Positions 38,432 through 48,538 of a DNA stretch of 64,000 nucleotides are shown one piece after another (positions within the stretch are counted from its first letter, which is position 1; every line of letters begins with the position of its first letter). Below the pieces are notes generated by a model, which saw only the letters and a list, made by a program, of their open reading frames with translations, ran no database searches and was not told the origin of the DNA. A program made the position numbers and the translations under genes. Source of the stretch: an uncultured candidate division Zixibacteria bacterium (GTDB lineage: Bacteria > Zixibacteria > MSB-5A5 > GN15 > PGXB01); NCBI GenBank assembly GCA_963702205.1, contig OY969724.1, positions 3,744,001 through 3,808,000 on the forward strand. The letters run 5' to 3'.

Positions 38432-39484
38432 TTATCCGACAATTATCAAAAATTCATCGCGCGCCGCGACGACGCCGATGTTAAGAACGGCAAGATTGAC
38501 CGATTTAGCGGCTGCCATAAAACCTTCCGCGTCGTCCGGGGCAAAAGCCATCAATAAACCGCCGGACGTTTGAGCGTCGTATAAAACGTCTATCTGAGCT
38601 TTGCTTAAGCTCGCATTTAATTTTACCCGGCTTTCAAGATAATCCTGATTGGCCGAGGCTCCGCCGGTCAGGCAGCCCTGTTCGGCATAAGATATCACGT
38701 TCTTTATCAAAGGAAGTCGATCGAAATACAGCTTTAAAGTTACATTGGAACCATCGGCCATTTCACTCCCATGCCCCAAAATCCCGAAGCCGGTAACGTC
38801 GGTGGCGGCATGCGCTCCGTGCCTGACCATAAGTTCCGCCGGGATTTTATTCAGCGTCGCCATCTGAGTCACTACGGCTTCGGCGTCTTCATCGGAGGCT
38901 TTGCCCTGCTTGATAGCTGTCGCAATGATCCCGGTCCCGAGCGGCTTGGTCAGCAGTATATGATCGCCAACCTGAGCTTTGTCATTTGATATAATTTTAG
39001 TCGGATCGATCAAACCGGTGCACGCCAGACCGTATTTGAGCTCTTTATCCTTAATCGAATGACCGCCGACAATAGCCGCCCCGGCTTCGCTGACTTTATC
39101 GGCTCCCCCCTGGAGAATCCGGGCCAGTATATCCGTCGGCATATTGGCCGGAAAGCCGACAATGTTGAGCGCCGTCAGAGGACGGCCGCCCATAGCATAA
39201 ATATCCGACAGGGCATTGGCGGCGGCGATCTGACCGAAAGCGTAGGGATCGTCCACGATCGGCGGGAAAAAGTCCACCGTCTGCACCAGTGCCATCGTTT
39301 CGCTTATCTTATAAACTCCGGCGTCATCGGCCTTGTTGAAGCCGACCAGTAAATTCGGGTCATTGCTGAAGTTTAAACGCTTCAGCACCGCGTCCAAAAC
39401 CTTTGGACCGAGTTTGGAAGCTCAACCGGCACACGATACTTCGGCCGTCAGCCTTATCTTTATTTCATCTTTATCGTGACTCAT
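38432..39484 (-). CDS. selD: Selenophosphate synthetase (selenide, water dikinase), selenocysteine-containing, 350 aa
   Basis: Extending the track ORF through TGA 39424-39422 gives MSHDKDEIKIRLTAEVSCAG-U-ASKLGP; DDAGVY, QTVDFFPPIVDDP, DVTGFG, DAQTSGGLL. Confidence 0.95.
39392..39408 (-). promoter_or_regulatory. Putative bacterial SECIS hairpin
   Basis: GTCCAAA-GGT-TTTGGAC starting 13 nt after the UGA; G-containing apical loop. Confidence 0.7.
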
Positions 39485-39491
39485 ACACTTC

Positions 39492-39520
39492 ATTATATCA
39501 TGATTGATCCGCCGGCGCAA
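39492..39520 (-). promoter_or_regulatory. sigma70 promoter of selD (leaderless-type)
   Basis: Minus strand TTGCGC-N17-TATAAT (extended TG)-N7-ATG; no Shine-Dalgarno. Confidence 0.6.
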
Positions 39521-39531
39521 GCCTCTTGACG

Positions 39532-40536
39532 TTACCAGCGATGGTGTTTCATATCATATAATTTTTTACGCTGTCGCCGAACGGTTTTATCGGGGAATTC
39601 GGAATAAACCGAATCGACATAACGCCGGACCCGATAGGCTTTGCCGTTTTCATTCATTTTCACATATGAATTGAAAAGCCACCACGCCGACTCGATCAGA
39701 TTGTAATAATTCCCCGGCGCCTTCTTCTGGCTTTCGAAAATTTCATTGTAATACATCGCGGCCTTGACAAACTGCTCGCTTTCATAGTACGCCTGGGCCA
39801 TCGGCCAGACAAAAGTATTGGAATGGGGATAACGGTCGTGCATTTCCGTCGCCAGCACCAGCGCTGAATCGTACTCTTTTTCATTGAGCAAAATCCAGAT
39901 CAAAGCCGATTTGGCCGGTTTTTTTGAAAAAAGTGATGAATCGGCCGCCAGGTTGATTTCTTCGATACCCTGCTCTTGCTCATTAGAGAAAATCCCTACC
40001 GTTTTAAGCAAACCGGCCTTGACCGATTTCCAGTAATGATATGATCCCAATCCGAGGTACAGATCATAAAAGGTCGAATCGAGCTCCAGGCCTTTGGTAT
40101 ATTCACCGCGCGCCCTCAATCCATCATCCAGCGCGGCCATGGATGACCCGAATCTGGCCTGGTACAACGACCGGTAGGCCCGAATATGCCCGAGGTACAA
40201 ATACACGACGGCCGAGTCGCTTCGATCACAATTCAACAGGCGGCTTTCACAATAGGCCTCGGCAGAATCGAGATATTTATTGAAGTTCTTGCCGTACGTA
40301 TTAGTCTCCCGGTCGGTCATCGCCGACAAGAGCGTCAGGGCATGAAACAAAAAAAGGCCGGGGTCGGTAGTATCGATTTTTTTATACTTGTCGAACGCAG
40401 TCATAGCCTCGTTCCACTGACCGTCCATGAGGAATTCCATTCCCGAATTTATTATTTCCAATTTTGGAGGAGTTAACAGATCACCGGCATTTGCCAGCGG
40501 AGCGGCGACCAGCAGTAAAAGACAAACTAATCTCAT
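39532..40536 (-). CDS. Secreted TPR-like protein
   Basis: Signal peptide; LELDSTFYDLYLGLGSYHYW; paralog of the next gene. Confidence 0.82.
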   Translation of the reverse strand: MRLVCLLLLVAAPLANAGDLLTPPKLEIINSGMEFLMDGQWNEAMTAFDKYKKIDTTDPGLFLFHALTLLSAMTDRETNTYGKNFNKYLDSAEAYCESRLLNCDRSDSAVVYLYLGHIRAYRSLYQARFGSSMAALDDGLRARGEYTKGLELDSTFYDLYLGLGSYHYWKSVKAGLLKTVGIFSNEQEQGIEEINLAADSSLFSKKPAKSALIWILLNEKEYDSALVLATEMHDRYPHSNTFVWPMAQAYYESEQFVKAAMYYNEIFESQKKAPGNYYNLIESAWWLFNSYVKMNENGKAYRVRRYVDSVYSEFPDKTVRRQRKKLYDMKHHRW

Positions 40537-41567
40537 TTCATTTCGTCTCGCAACTCCCGCGCGCGTTTGTACGTTTCCTCGAAATACGGGTTGGCCTTGC
40601 CGTAATCTTTATGAGACAGTATTTGATCGAGAATGATATTCGCCGATTCAAAGTCCTTTTCACCCACGAATATGGTGGCTTCGGCCAGTTCCGCTTCGTA
40701 AAAGCCGTATTCATTGTACCACGGAGAATCCTTTATTTTGGCTTTTAAAATAGCCAGTCGTTGGCGAGCCCGGTCGGTCTGTCCCACGTGCGCAAGTCCG
40801 TACACCTGGTACAACAGGCAATAGGGATCATCCGGAACAATGGAGTTCAGCGTATCGGCCAATAAGACCAGGTCATTGTAACGCTTTTCGAGCAGATAAA
40901 TCCTTAAGAAAGACTCACGGCCGTTAAAAGTCGCCAGATAACCGCTGTCGGCAGCCAGTCGGATTTCAGCCATGCCTATTTCGCGGCGGTCGGAGACGAA
41001 CGGCAGCCACAGGAAATCATTGGCCATGACGGTTTTATAATAATCGTACGCACCGAGTCCCAGATAGGCATCGTAATATGTACTATCCAGCTCCAGGGCG
41101 TGTTTGAGCCGGGAGCTGCATTTAAGTCCGTCCCGAAAAGCCTTAAACCAATGTCCGTTGAATGACCGCAGCAGCGCCCGGTAACCGTAGGACGCCCCTG
41201 AAATAAACGACCAGTCGGGATTGGTTTTGCCCTTGTCGTGAAGGTCATCGGCCATATCTATCGCCAGACTCAACAGGCTGTCGATATCTTTACTGTACAT
41301 ATTATTACGAAATTCCTCGCCGATGGTCTGCAGGACGGTGCCCTTAAGAAAATAACCCAGCGGGTTGCCCGGCTCACGAGCGATAAGGCTGTCGGACGCG
41401 GCGAGGGCTTGATCGAACCTGTCGAACCAGACGTCCTGGGATATCGCAAGGACGGAGGAATCGCGCACCGGTGTGTACTGCTGACCGATGGCCGGAGACA
41501 CACTCAGTGTCAAAAAAGCCGATATAAAAAGCAGGGTTACTTTCGACATCTTCAGATGTTTATACAT
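40533..41567 (-). CDS. Secreted TPR-like protein
   Basis: Signal peptide; ALELDSTYYDAYLGLGAYDYY. Confidence 0.82.
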   Translation of the reverse strand: MYKHLKMSKVTLLFISAFLTLSVSPAIGQQYTPVRDSSVLAISQDVWFDRFDQALAASDSLIAREPGNPLGYFLKGTVLQTIGEEFRNNMYSKDIDSLLSLAIDMADDLHDKGKTNPDWSFISGASYGYRALLRSFNGHWFKAFRDGLKCSSRLKHALELDSTYYDAYLGLGAYDYYKTVMANDFLWLPFVSDRREIGMAEIRLAADSGYLATFNGRESFLRIYLLEKRYNDLVLLADTLNSIVPDDPYCLLYQVYGLAHVGQTDRARQRLAILKAKIKDSPWYNEYGFYEAELAEATIFVGEKDFESANIILDQILSHKDYGKANPYFEETYKRARELRDEMK

Positions 41568-41609
41568 AACCCAAAAATTCTGGTTTCAGGTGAATTTGGC
41601 AACAAGAAA

Positions 41610-42401
41610 CTAAATCGAATATACGGCCGGAATTATTTCGGGCAGCGGCATGGTTTTGTCTTCCGAGACGGCAATCAGGATCGACTTCCCGCAAAACCAG
41701 TACATCATTTGGAAGCCGTCGCCATCATAAGTATACACTGAGCGGTTGCCCACTTTTGTTTCTTCGAAACCGGGCATCTCCACCCCGTCCTTCTTTCCGA
41801 CATAAAGCGAGACCGGCATATTGCCGTGCATGAATTTGAAATGCGCGAACTTATGATCCCGGATGCTCTCGAATTCCGAACTGACCATATTATAACCGGC
41901 CGTCTGCACGTCACCGAAGGTCATGGAAAGATCATTGCTGATAAATGTCATGATTTCCGGCGAACACGGCTCGAAATTATCACTGTCGACACTGGCCGCA
42001 ACGAAATTTGTTCCGCCGTTGAAATGATTTTGCTCGAAAGGCCGGACGTACACCGAGTACCGGTAATAGCCAGACGCCCAGAACGCCGCTCCGACGCACA
42101 GCACCAGTGCCACGGCGGCCGCGACCGCCACCGCCGAAAAACGGAACGGGCCCAGCTTGCCAAACGAGCGTCCGGTGGATTCTTTATCGATTTTGTCGAG
42201 AATGCGGTGTTTGAGTTTATCCGCTTTGTCTGAAGAGGCCGTCTTGTCCTTTACGAAAGCCTTGAACATCTCTTCGAATTCGTACCGAGCCATGCAGCTC
42301 TTGCATTCGTCAAGATGCTTCTGGACTTCTTCTACATCGTATTGGCTGGCTTCTTTATCAATTACATCATATAGATGCCTTAGCGCTTCTTCGCAGGTCA
42401 T
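41610..42401 (-). CDS. Zinc-binding (ZAS/zf-HC2) transmembrane anti-sigma factor
   Basis: MTCEEA...HLDECKSC (HxxxCxxC), one TM helix, extracytoplasmic domain; overlaps the sigma stop. Confidence 0.88.
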   Translation of the reverse strand: MTCEEALRHLYDVIDKEASQYDVEEVQKHLDECKSCMARYEFEEMFKAFVKDKTASSDKADKLKHRILDKIDKESTGRSFGKLGPFRFSAVAVAAAVALVLCVGAAFWASGYYRYSVYVRPFEQNHFNGGTNFVAASVDSDNFEPCSPEIMTFISNDLSMTFGDVQTAGYNMVSSEFESIRDHKFAHFKFMHGNMPVSLYVGKKDGVEMPGFEETKVGNRSVYTYDGDGFQMMYWFCGKSILIAVSEDKTMPLPEIIPAVYSI

Positions 42402-43006
42402 TTAGCTGCTTCCTTGATGAAACCGTTTCTAACTGCGTATTCCCATAATGCCTTCTGAAGAAGCTTCCGCCCCCGGTGAAGCCTCGATTTGACCGTCCCG
42501 ATCTGCAGTCCAACAATGTCCGCTATCTCCTGATAACTGAATCCTTCCAAAAAGGACAACACCACCACCAGCCGGAAGTCCTCCGGCAATTCTTCGATTG
42601 CTTTCTTAACGTCGTCATCGAATACTTTCGCAAAAAAGTGGCGTTCGGGGTCATCCGACGGGCCCAGCGCCGAGAGTTGCCCGAACAGGAAATCGTCATC
42701 GACGTCCTGGAGGTCAACCACCTGCGGCGACCGCGATTTGGCGCGATAGTTGTTGATAAAGATATTAGTCATTATCTTGAACAACCACGCCCGGCAGTTC
42801 GAGCCTTGTTCGAATTTGTCCCAGAAACGATAGGCTTTCAGTAGTGTTTCCTGCACAAGATCGTCGGCATCGTTCTCGTTCTTGGTCATTCTCAGTGCCG
42901 TACGATGCAGGGCTTCTACATGAACCATCGCCTCCTTTTCGAATATCTCCTTCTTGGGTTTCTTCATGCCACCCGATCCCCGGCTTTTGTCAGGGCTTGC
43001 GCCCAT
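42398..43006 (-). CDS. ECF sigma-70 factor (SigR/SigH-like)
   Basis: DADDLVQETLLKAY, GSNCRAWLFKIMTN, SYQEIA, GTVKSRLHRGR. Confidence 0.95.
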   Translation of the reverse strand: MGASPDKSRGSGGMKKPKKEIFEKEAMVHVEALHRTALRMTKNENDADDLVQETLLKAYRFWDKFEQGSNCRAWLFKIMTNIFINNYRAKSRSPQVVDLQDVDDDFLFGQLSALGPSDDPERHFFAKVFDDDVKKAIEELPEDFRLVVVLSFLEGFSYQEIADIVGLQIGTVKSRLHRGRKLLQKALWEYAVRNGFIKEAAK

Positions 43007-43044
43007 TCCCGAACCGACCGGGTGACCTTATCACTTGTCCTATA

Positions 43045-43071
43045 CAACATTATCGGTCCCGGTCTTGTTCC
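43045..43071 (-). promoter_or_regulatory. Putative autoregulatory ECF promoter
   Basis: Minus strand GGAAC-N18-GTTG, matching the SigR/SigH-type GGAAY-N18-GTT. Confidence 0.6.
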
Positions 43072-43402
43072 ATTTTTGGACTATCAAGGCTATCTATTTC
43101 CAAATTCCACTTATATTCAACTTACGGGTACCAATTCCCCTATATTTCGATAGGAATTCAAAATTGGTACCCGCGTATCAAAGTATACATTATAATATAC
43201 ATTTTTGCAACCACAAAGACTGCGCCCAAAATGAAAAAAGGATTAACTTGATCTAAAATTGTAACTTTAAAATGTGGATATGCAGGAGCTAAATTGATTG
43301 AAGCTGGTAACTTATAAAAAACCACTGTTCCTTTCTGAAACGATCTGAATATTTTATTTTGACCTTTAGAAGATGATCCCTTATTCCGACAATAAATATA
43401 GT

Positions 43403-44170
43403 ATGAAAAAAGCATTGATATATCTGGCTCTGGCTGCAATTGCCTGCCTGACCTTTTTTGTCGGCTGTACTCAGAACATTACATCCAATAAAGGCCTTGC
43501 CGCCTATTATACCGAAATCACGGTTATCAAGGACCTCGATTCGAACAAGGCCGCTGTCACCGTTTATCTCACCCGAAACGATACCGTGCTCGAAACGGCC
43601 GATATTACTTTCGGAGATTATGCCCTCAATTATTCTGCCGCCGACACCGTTTACAAGAGAATATTTAAAACGGCCGATTCCATACCTTCTCAGACATACA
43701 ATTGTGTCATTATCGATGGTACCGCTTTGAACGACACGGTTTCGTTGACCGTACCTTCGGACCTGGAAATCACCAGCGTCGCTTTGCCGGACGACCGCGT
43801 CGATCCGGCCGGAGACGCCGTACAGTTCCAGTGGAGCCAGTCCTTGATGTCCAATGGCTATGTATTCGCGGCCAACCATGTCGATTCGCTGTATGAAACC
43901 GACGGCTATGCCGATTTTTCGCCCGAGAACACCCCGCAGGCGACTGTTCCTCCCGATGCTTTCCGTCCCGGCGGCGTCCCCAATCCGGTTCTCGGCTGGT
44001 ATTACATTTATGCCTACGCTTACACCGGCGTGCCGACCGACGCCACCTATCTGCCGACCTATTTCCCGCAGGCGTTCACCAACAATCTGGACAAGACAGA
44101 CATAGCCGGATCGTACGGTGTGGTCGTGATAAGCCCTCGCGATTCGATCGACGTTACCGAAAGTCTTTAG
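43403..44170 (+). CDS. Hypothetical lipoprotein
   Basis: MKKALIYLAL...FVGC lipobox; start moved to 43403. Confidence 0.75.
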   Translation: MKKALIYLALAAIACLTFFVGCTQNITSNKGLAAYYTEITVIKDLDSNKAAVTVYLTRNDTVLETADITFGDYALNYSAADTVYKRIFKTADSIPSQTYNCVIIDGTALNDTVSLTVPSDLEITSVALPDDRVDPAGDAVQFQWSQSLMSNGYVFAANHVDSLYETDGYADFSPENTPQATVPPDAFRPGGVPNPVLGWYYIYAYAYTGVPTDATYLPTYFPQAFTNNLDKTDIAGSYGVVVISPRDSIDVTESL

Positions 44171-44212
44171 TTTTTTCTTTTTTCGCTTGCCGCTTCCGCT
44201 TAGATTGCCCTC

Positions 44213-45136
44213 ATGAAAAACGAATCCCGTGAAGACCTGATAAAAAAGCTGTCTCTGCTCGATACCGAAAAAGTCAACCCTGATACGGTCGATATCGATA
44301 TCCTCTCCCCGCTCGAAATCTGCCGCAAGATAAACAACGAAGATAAAAAAGTCGCGCTGGTTGTGGAGCAGGCGCTGCTTCAGATCGCCGAGGCCGCGCA
44401 ATTCGCCGCCGACGCCTGGAAAAACAACGGCCGGATTATCTATATCGGCGCCGGGACGTCGGGACGGCTCGGGGTGCTCGACGCCGCCGAATGCCCGCCG
44501 ACCTTCGGAGTCGATCCGAGCCGGACGATGGGCGTTATTTCCGGCGGTTATGGTACACTTGCGCTGTCTCTGGAAGGAGTCGAGGACCGCTCCGAGGCGG
44601 CGGTCGAAGACCTTCAAAATATCGGTTTGAACAAAAGCGACTTCGTGGTCGGGATCGCGGCATCGGTACGGACGCCGTACACCGTCGCGGGCGTGAAGTA
44701 CGCGATCAAGACCGGTTGCCATACGGCTTTCATCGTCTGCAACAACTTCGACATGCTTGATATTAAACCCGATGTCCTTATCAGCCTTCCGGTCGGGCCG
44801 GAGGTTATCACCGGGTCGACACGCATGAAATCCGGGACGGCTCAGAAAATGGCATTGAACATGATCACGACTACGGCGGCGGTGTTGTATGGGAAGACCT
44901 ATGGAAACCTGATGGTCGATCTTAAGGCCACATCAGAGAAATTGGCCGCCCGCTCGCGCAAGATGCTGATGGACTTTTTCGATATCGACCTCGAAACCGC
45001 AAATAGACTATTGCAAAATTCCGGCGGCTCGGTTAAGACTGCTATCGTAATGCACAAACTGGGCGTATCAAAGCAAGACGCCGAAAAACGCCTCCACGAT
45101 GTGGGAGGATTTTTGCGGAAAGTGCTTATAGTATAA
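44213..45136 (+). CDS. murQ: N-acetylmuramic acid 6-phosphate etherase
   Basis: GAGTSGRLGVLDAAECPPTFG, GPEVITGSTRMKSGTAQK, GNLMVD. Confidence 0.96.
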   Translation: MKNESREDLIKKLSLLDTEKVNPDTVDIDILSPLEICRKINNEDKKVALVVEQALLQIAEAAQFAADAWKNNGRIIYIGAGTSGRLGVLDAAECPPTFGVDPSRTMGVISGGYGTLALSLEGVEDRSEAAVEDLQNIGLNKSDFVVGIAASVRTPYTVAGVKYAIKTGCHTAFIVCNNFDMLDIKPDVLISLPVGPEVITGSTRMKSGTAQKMALNMITTTAAVLYGKTYGNLMVDLKATSEKLAARSRKMLMDFFDIDLETANRLLQNSGGSVKTAIVMHKLGVSKQDAEKRLHDVGGFLRKVLIV

Positions 45137-45158
45137 CGCCGGGATGACCCGCCGCTTC

Positions 45159-45312
45159 AGGGCTTGTTGAAAAACCAGCAGGTCGGCTTCCGAATCCTGA
45201 CGAAGTCAGGAGAGAAAGCCGACATCTTGTTGTCGGGTTTCTCGTTACGCTTCGCTCCACTCGGAACCCGACCTACTTCTTGCACCATCCGTTAACTTTT
45301 TCAACAGGCCCT
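45159..45312. mobile_element. MITE-like element: 16-bp terminal inverted repeats enclosing a REPIN-like unit (45178-45276)
   Basis: Left AGGGCTTGTTGAAAAA; right TTTTTCAACAGGCCCT (15/16 match); no transposase. Confidence 0.55.
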
Positions 45313-45339
45313 CTAACGCTGGGATATTATTGTCCCTCA

Positions 45340-45475
45340 TTAGTGCGCGGCAGATTTCCAGAGGCTGTCTCAAAAGTACTCTTTTTAAGTCCCGCGGGGT
45401 CTTGTCCTGACGAAGTCGGGATGTGACCCTGCGGTCTTTCAACGGTTAGTGCGCGGCAGATGTCCACATCTGCCC
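45340..45475. repeat. Cluster of REP-like palindromes
   Basis: TTAGTGCGCGGCAGAT(T/G)TCCA twice; CCGCGGGGTC-[TCCTGACGAAGTCGGGA]-GACCCTGCGG; GGCAGATGTCCACATCTGCC (also at 61321). Confidence 0.7.
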
Positions 45476-45601
45476 GAACGCTGGAATCCTGTAACCCACC
45501 CGCAGGGTGGTTATGCCGGGGCGAGCAGAAATTTCCGGCATCTATCAATGAATTAGGGTTGAAAAACCATCAATCACGACTAATCGCACTCCAAAAAACC
45601 C

Positions 45602-45629
45602 TTGACATCTCACCCCTAATCCCTATATT
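45602..45629 (+). promoter_or_regulatory. Putative sigma70 promoter of the suf operon
   Basis: TTGACA-N16-TATATT. Confidence 0.5.
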
Positions 45630-45762
45630 CACTGAAACTTAGGCTATTTCAACCCACATTCTCCGATTTTTTTACGCCACAGAGGAACTTTTTCTTTACT
45701 TTTTTGTAAAGTATATTAAATTGAGAGAAAGAAAAGGATAAAATAGGTCATAATTATCGGCT

Positions 45763-46296
45763 ATGAAAATTACAGCACTCGAAGAATACGGACTCAGATG
45801 CATGGTCCTGCTCGCCAAAAGCAGCGGCAAAAATATGCTGACCATTCCCGAAATCGGACAGCTTGAGGGCCTCTCCGTGCCCTATACCGGCAAGCTACTG
45901 ATGCTCCTCAAGAAAGCCGAGCTGGTTACGGCCGAACGCGGCCGTCGCGGCGGCTATTTTCTGGCCCGCCCGGCACGGGAAATCACACTCCAGGATATTT
46001 TCGGCGCGCTCGGTGACCCGGTCTTCGGTTCCGCTCACTGCAACCGCTACGGAACCGGCAGCGACAACGGCAACAACTGCCTGCACGATGACTGCTGTTC
46101 GATACGTACGGTTTGGGATTCCTTCCACCGCCTGATCGGCGATTATCTCGAAAGATTAACTCTCGCCGACCTGATCGAAAACGACCCCTGCTTCAGCGGG
46201 ACAAAGAAACTTAAACAGGAAGACAAAAAATCTGAGGCGATTCCCGCAGCCGGCGGTCGCCCGGAATTTGCAGAAAATAGAACGACCTTTAAATAG
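45763..46296 (+). CDS. Rrf2-family regulator (Cys-containing, IscR/SufR-like)
   Basis: EEYGLRCM, ERGRRGGYFLARP, C-x12-C-x4-CC; first gene of the suf operon. Confidence 0.9.
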   Translation: MKITALEEYGLRCMVLLAKSSGKNMLTIPEIGQLEGLSVPYTGKLLMLLKKAELVTAERGRRGGYFLARPAREITLQDIFGALGDPVFGSAHCNRYGTGSDNGNNCLHDDCCSIRTVWDSFHRLIGDYLERLTLADLIENDPCFSGTKKLKQEDKKSEAIPAAGGRPEFAENRTTFK

Positions 46297-46309
46297 AATT
46301 GAGGAACTT

Positions 46310-47083
46310 ATGACGAATAAAAAAACCGTATTCGCATTCAAAGACGTCCACGTGGAAGTCGACGGCAAGGAGGTCGTCCGCGGGGTGTCTCTGGAAATCG
46401 GCCCGGGCGAAAAGCACGCCATCATGGGCAAAAACGGTTCGGGAAAATCCTCGCTGGCCAACGCCCTCGCGGGGCATCCCTCCTACGAAATCACCAAAGG
46501 CGAAGCGTACATCGACGGCAAAAATCTTCTCGAAATGGACGCCACCGAACGCGCCCTGGCCGGACTGTTTCTGGCCTTCCAGTACCCGCTGGCTATACCG
46601 GGCGTGACGGTTGCCAATTTTATGCGCTCGGCGGTACGGGCCCGTACTAACGGCGATGATTCTGTCCTGAAGACGTTTCGCAAGGACCTGATGGAAGCCT
46701 TCGCTTTTCTTGAGATCGATAAATCGTTCGCCTCACGCTATCTCAACGATGGTTTTTCCGGCGGCGAGAAAAAGCGTCTGGAAATTCTTCAGATGGCGAT
46801 GCTCAAACCGAAAATGGCCATCCTCGATGAAACCGATTCCGGACTGGACATCGATGCCCTGAAAATCGTGGCCAAGGGTATCAATCAGTCGGCGACGTCC
46901 GACGGCGGCCTGCTTTTGATCACGCACTATCAAAGGCTGTTGAACTACGTCAAACCGGATTTCGTGCACGTCATGATGGACGGCCAGATGGTACAATCGG
47001 GCGGGCCGGAACTGGCCCTAAAACTGGAAGACCGGGGCTATGACTGGCTGGAGAGCAAGAACGCCAAAACAGTGGAGGTTTAG
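46310..47083 (+). CDS. sufC: Fe-S cluster assembly ATPase
   Basis: [37 protein letters not shown]; start 46310 after GAGG. Confidence 0.96.
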   Translation: MTNKKTVFAFKDVHVEVDGKEVVRGVSLEIGPGEKHAIMGKNGSGKSSLANALAGHPSYEITKGEAYIDGKNLLEMDATERALAGLFLAFQYPLAIPGVTVANFMRSAVRARTNGDDSVLKTFRKDLMEAFAFLEIDKSFASRYLNDGFSGGEKKRLEILQMAMLKPKMAILDETDSGLDIDALKIVAKGINQSATSDGGLLLITHYQRLLNYVKPDFVHVMMDGQMVQSGGPELALKLEDRGYDWLESKNAKTVEV

Positions 47084-47085
47084 TC

Positions 47086-48516
47086 ATGGCAGAGATTACC
47101 AAAAAACAACCGGATATTGCAGCGATCGGTGATGACTATATCACCAAGTATGGCTTTCACGATCCGGAGGAATATTTTCACAAAGGGGCACGGGGGATCA
47201 ACCATGAAGTGGTCGAAATGATCTCTCGCATGAAAAAAGAGCCGGACTGGATGCGTAAGTTTCGTCACGAAGCGCTGGATATATTTCTGGCCAAGCCGAT
47301 GCCGACCTGGGGCAATACTGAGCTTCTGAACTCCATCGACTTTGATAACATATATTATTATATCAAACCGACCGAGTTTCAGTCCAGCGACTGGAACGAC
47401 GTCCCGGAAAACATCAAGAACACTTTCAATAAGCTGGGCATTCCCGAGGCCGAACAGAAGTTTCTGGCGGGCGTGACGGCCCAGTACGAATCGGAAGTGG
47501 TTTATCATTCATTCCAGGCCGATCTCGAACGTCAGGGAGTCATCTTTCTCGATATGGATTCCGGCCTTAGAGAGCACCCCGAAATCGTCAAGCAATATTT
47601 CGCGACCGTAATCCCCCCGAACGACAATAAATTCGCCGCCCTCAATTCGGCGGTTTGGTCGGGCGGATCGTTCATATATGTCCCGCCGGGTCTTGATGTC
47701 AAAATCCCGCTTCAGGCCTATTTCCGGATCAATGCCGAAAATATGGGACAGTTCGAACGGACACTTATTATCGCCGACAAAGGCTCGCGGGTGCACTATA
47801 TCGAGGGCTGCACCGCGCCGGTGTACACCACCGATTCGCTGCATTCGGCGGTCGTGGAGCTTATCGCTCTCGATGATGCATATATCCGCTATACGACCAT
47901 ACAAAACTGGTCGCACAATATTTACAACCTCGTCACCAAGCGGGCGATGGCTCACAAGAACGCCACGGTCGAATGGGTCGACGGCAATATCGGATCGCGT
48001 CTGACCATGAAATTCCCCTGCGTCTACCTTGTCGGTGAAGGCGCCAAGGGTGAAATCTTGTCGGTCGCCTTTGCCGGGACCGGTCAGCATCAGGACGCCG
48101 GGGCCAAAGTCATTCACGCCGCCCCGAGGACTTCGTCGCGGATCACATCGAAGTCCATTTCCAAGGCCGGGGGACGAGCCTCATACCGGGGTTTGGTTAA
48201 AGTCTATCCCAAAGCCAATAACTGCAAAGTCTCGGTCGAGTGCGACGCCTTGCTGATCGATGGTGCTTCGCGGTCGGACACTTACCCAACCATGGAAATC
48301 GACGCCGACAACGTCCGGGTCGAACACGAAGCCCGCGTCAGCAAAGTAGCCGAAGAACAGCTGTTCTATCTGACCAGCCGCGGCCTGACCGAAGACGAAG
48401 CCCGGCTGCTGATCGTCAACGGCTTTATTGAACCGTTCACAAAGGAACTTCCGATGGAATACGCCGTCGAGTTGAACCGCCTGATCGAACTGGAGATGGA
48501 AGGTTCGGTCGGTTGA
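47086..48516 (+). CDS. sufB: Fe-S cluster assembly scaffold
   Basis: [41 protein letters not shown]. Confidence 0.97.
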   Translation: MAEITKKQPDIAAIGDDYITKYGFHDPEEYFHKGARGINHEVVEMISRMKKEPDWMRKFRHEALDIFLAKPMPTWGNTELLNSIDFDNIYYYIKPTEFQSSDWNDVPENIKNTFNKLGIPEAEQKFLAGVTAQYESEVVYHSFQADLERQGVIFLDMDSGLREHPEIVKQYFATVIPPNDNKFAALNSAVWSGGSFIYVPPGLDVKIPLQAYFRINAENMGQFERTLIIADKGSRVHYIEGCTAPVYTTDSLHSAVVELIALDDAYIRYTTIQNWSHNIYNLVTKRAMAHKNATVEWVDGNIGSRLTMKFPCVYLVGEGAKGEILSVAFAGTGQHQDAGAKVIHAAPRTSSRITSKSISKAGGRASYRGLVKVYPKANNCKVSVECDALLIDGASRSDTYPTMEIDADNVRVEHEARVSKVAEEQLFYLTSRGLTEDEARLLIVNGFIEPFTKELPMEYAVELNRLIELEMEGSVG

Positions 48517-48538
48517 GGATATACGTGGAGAAATTGAA

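Noticed and set aside
38432..39484. selD pseudogene with a premature stop
   Set aside because: The TGA is at the catalytic Cys/Sec position and is followed by a SECIS-like hairpin.
43289..44722. 477-aa minus-strand ORF
   Set aside because: Antisense shadow of the lipoprotein gene and murQ; no motifs.
45159..45475. CRISPR array (also considered for 52331-52455 and 61062-61342)
   Set aside because: Repeats are inverted, nested and variable, with no regular repeat-spacer period and no cas genes.
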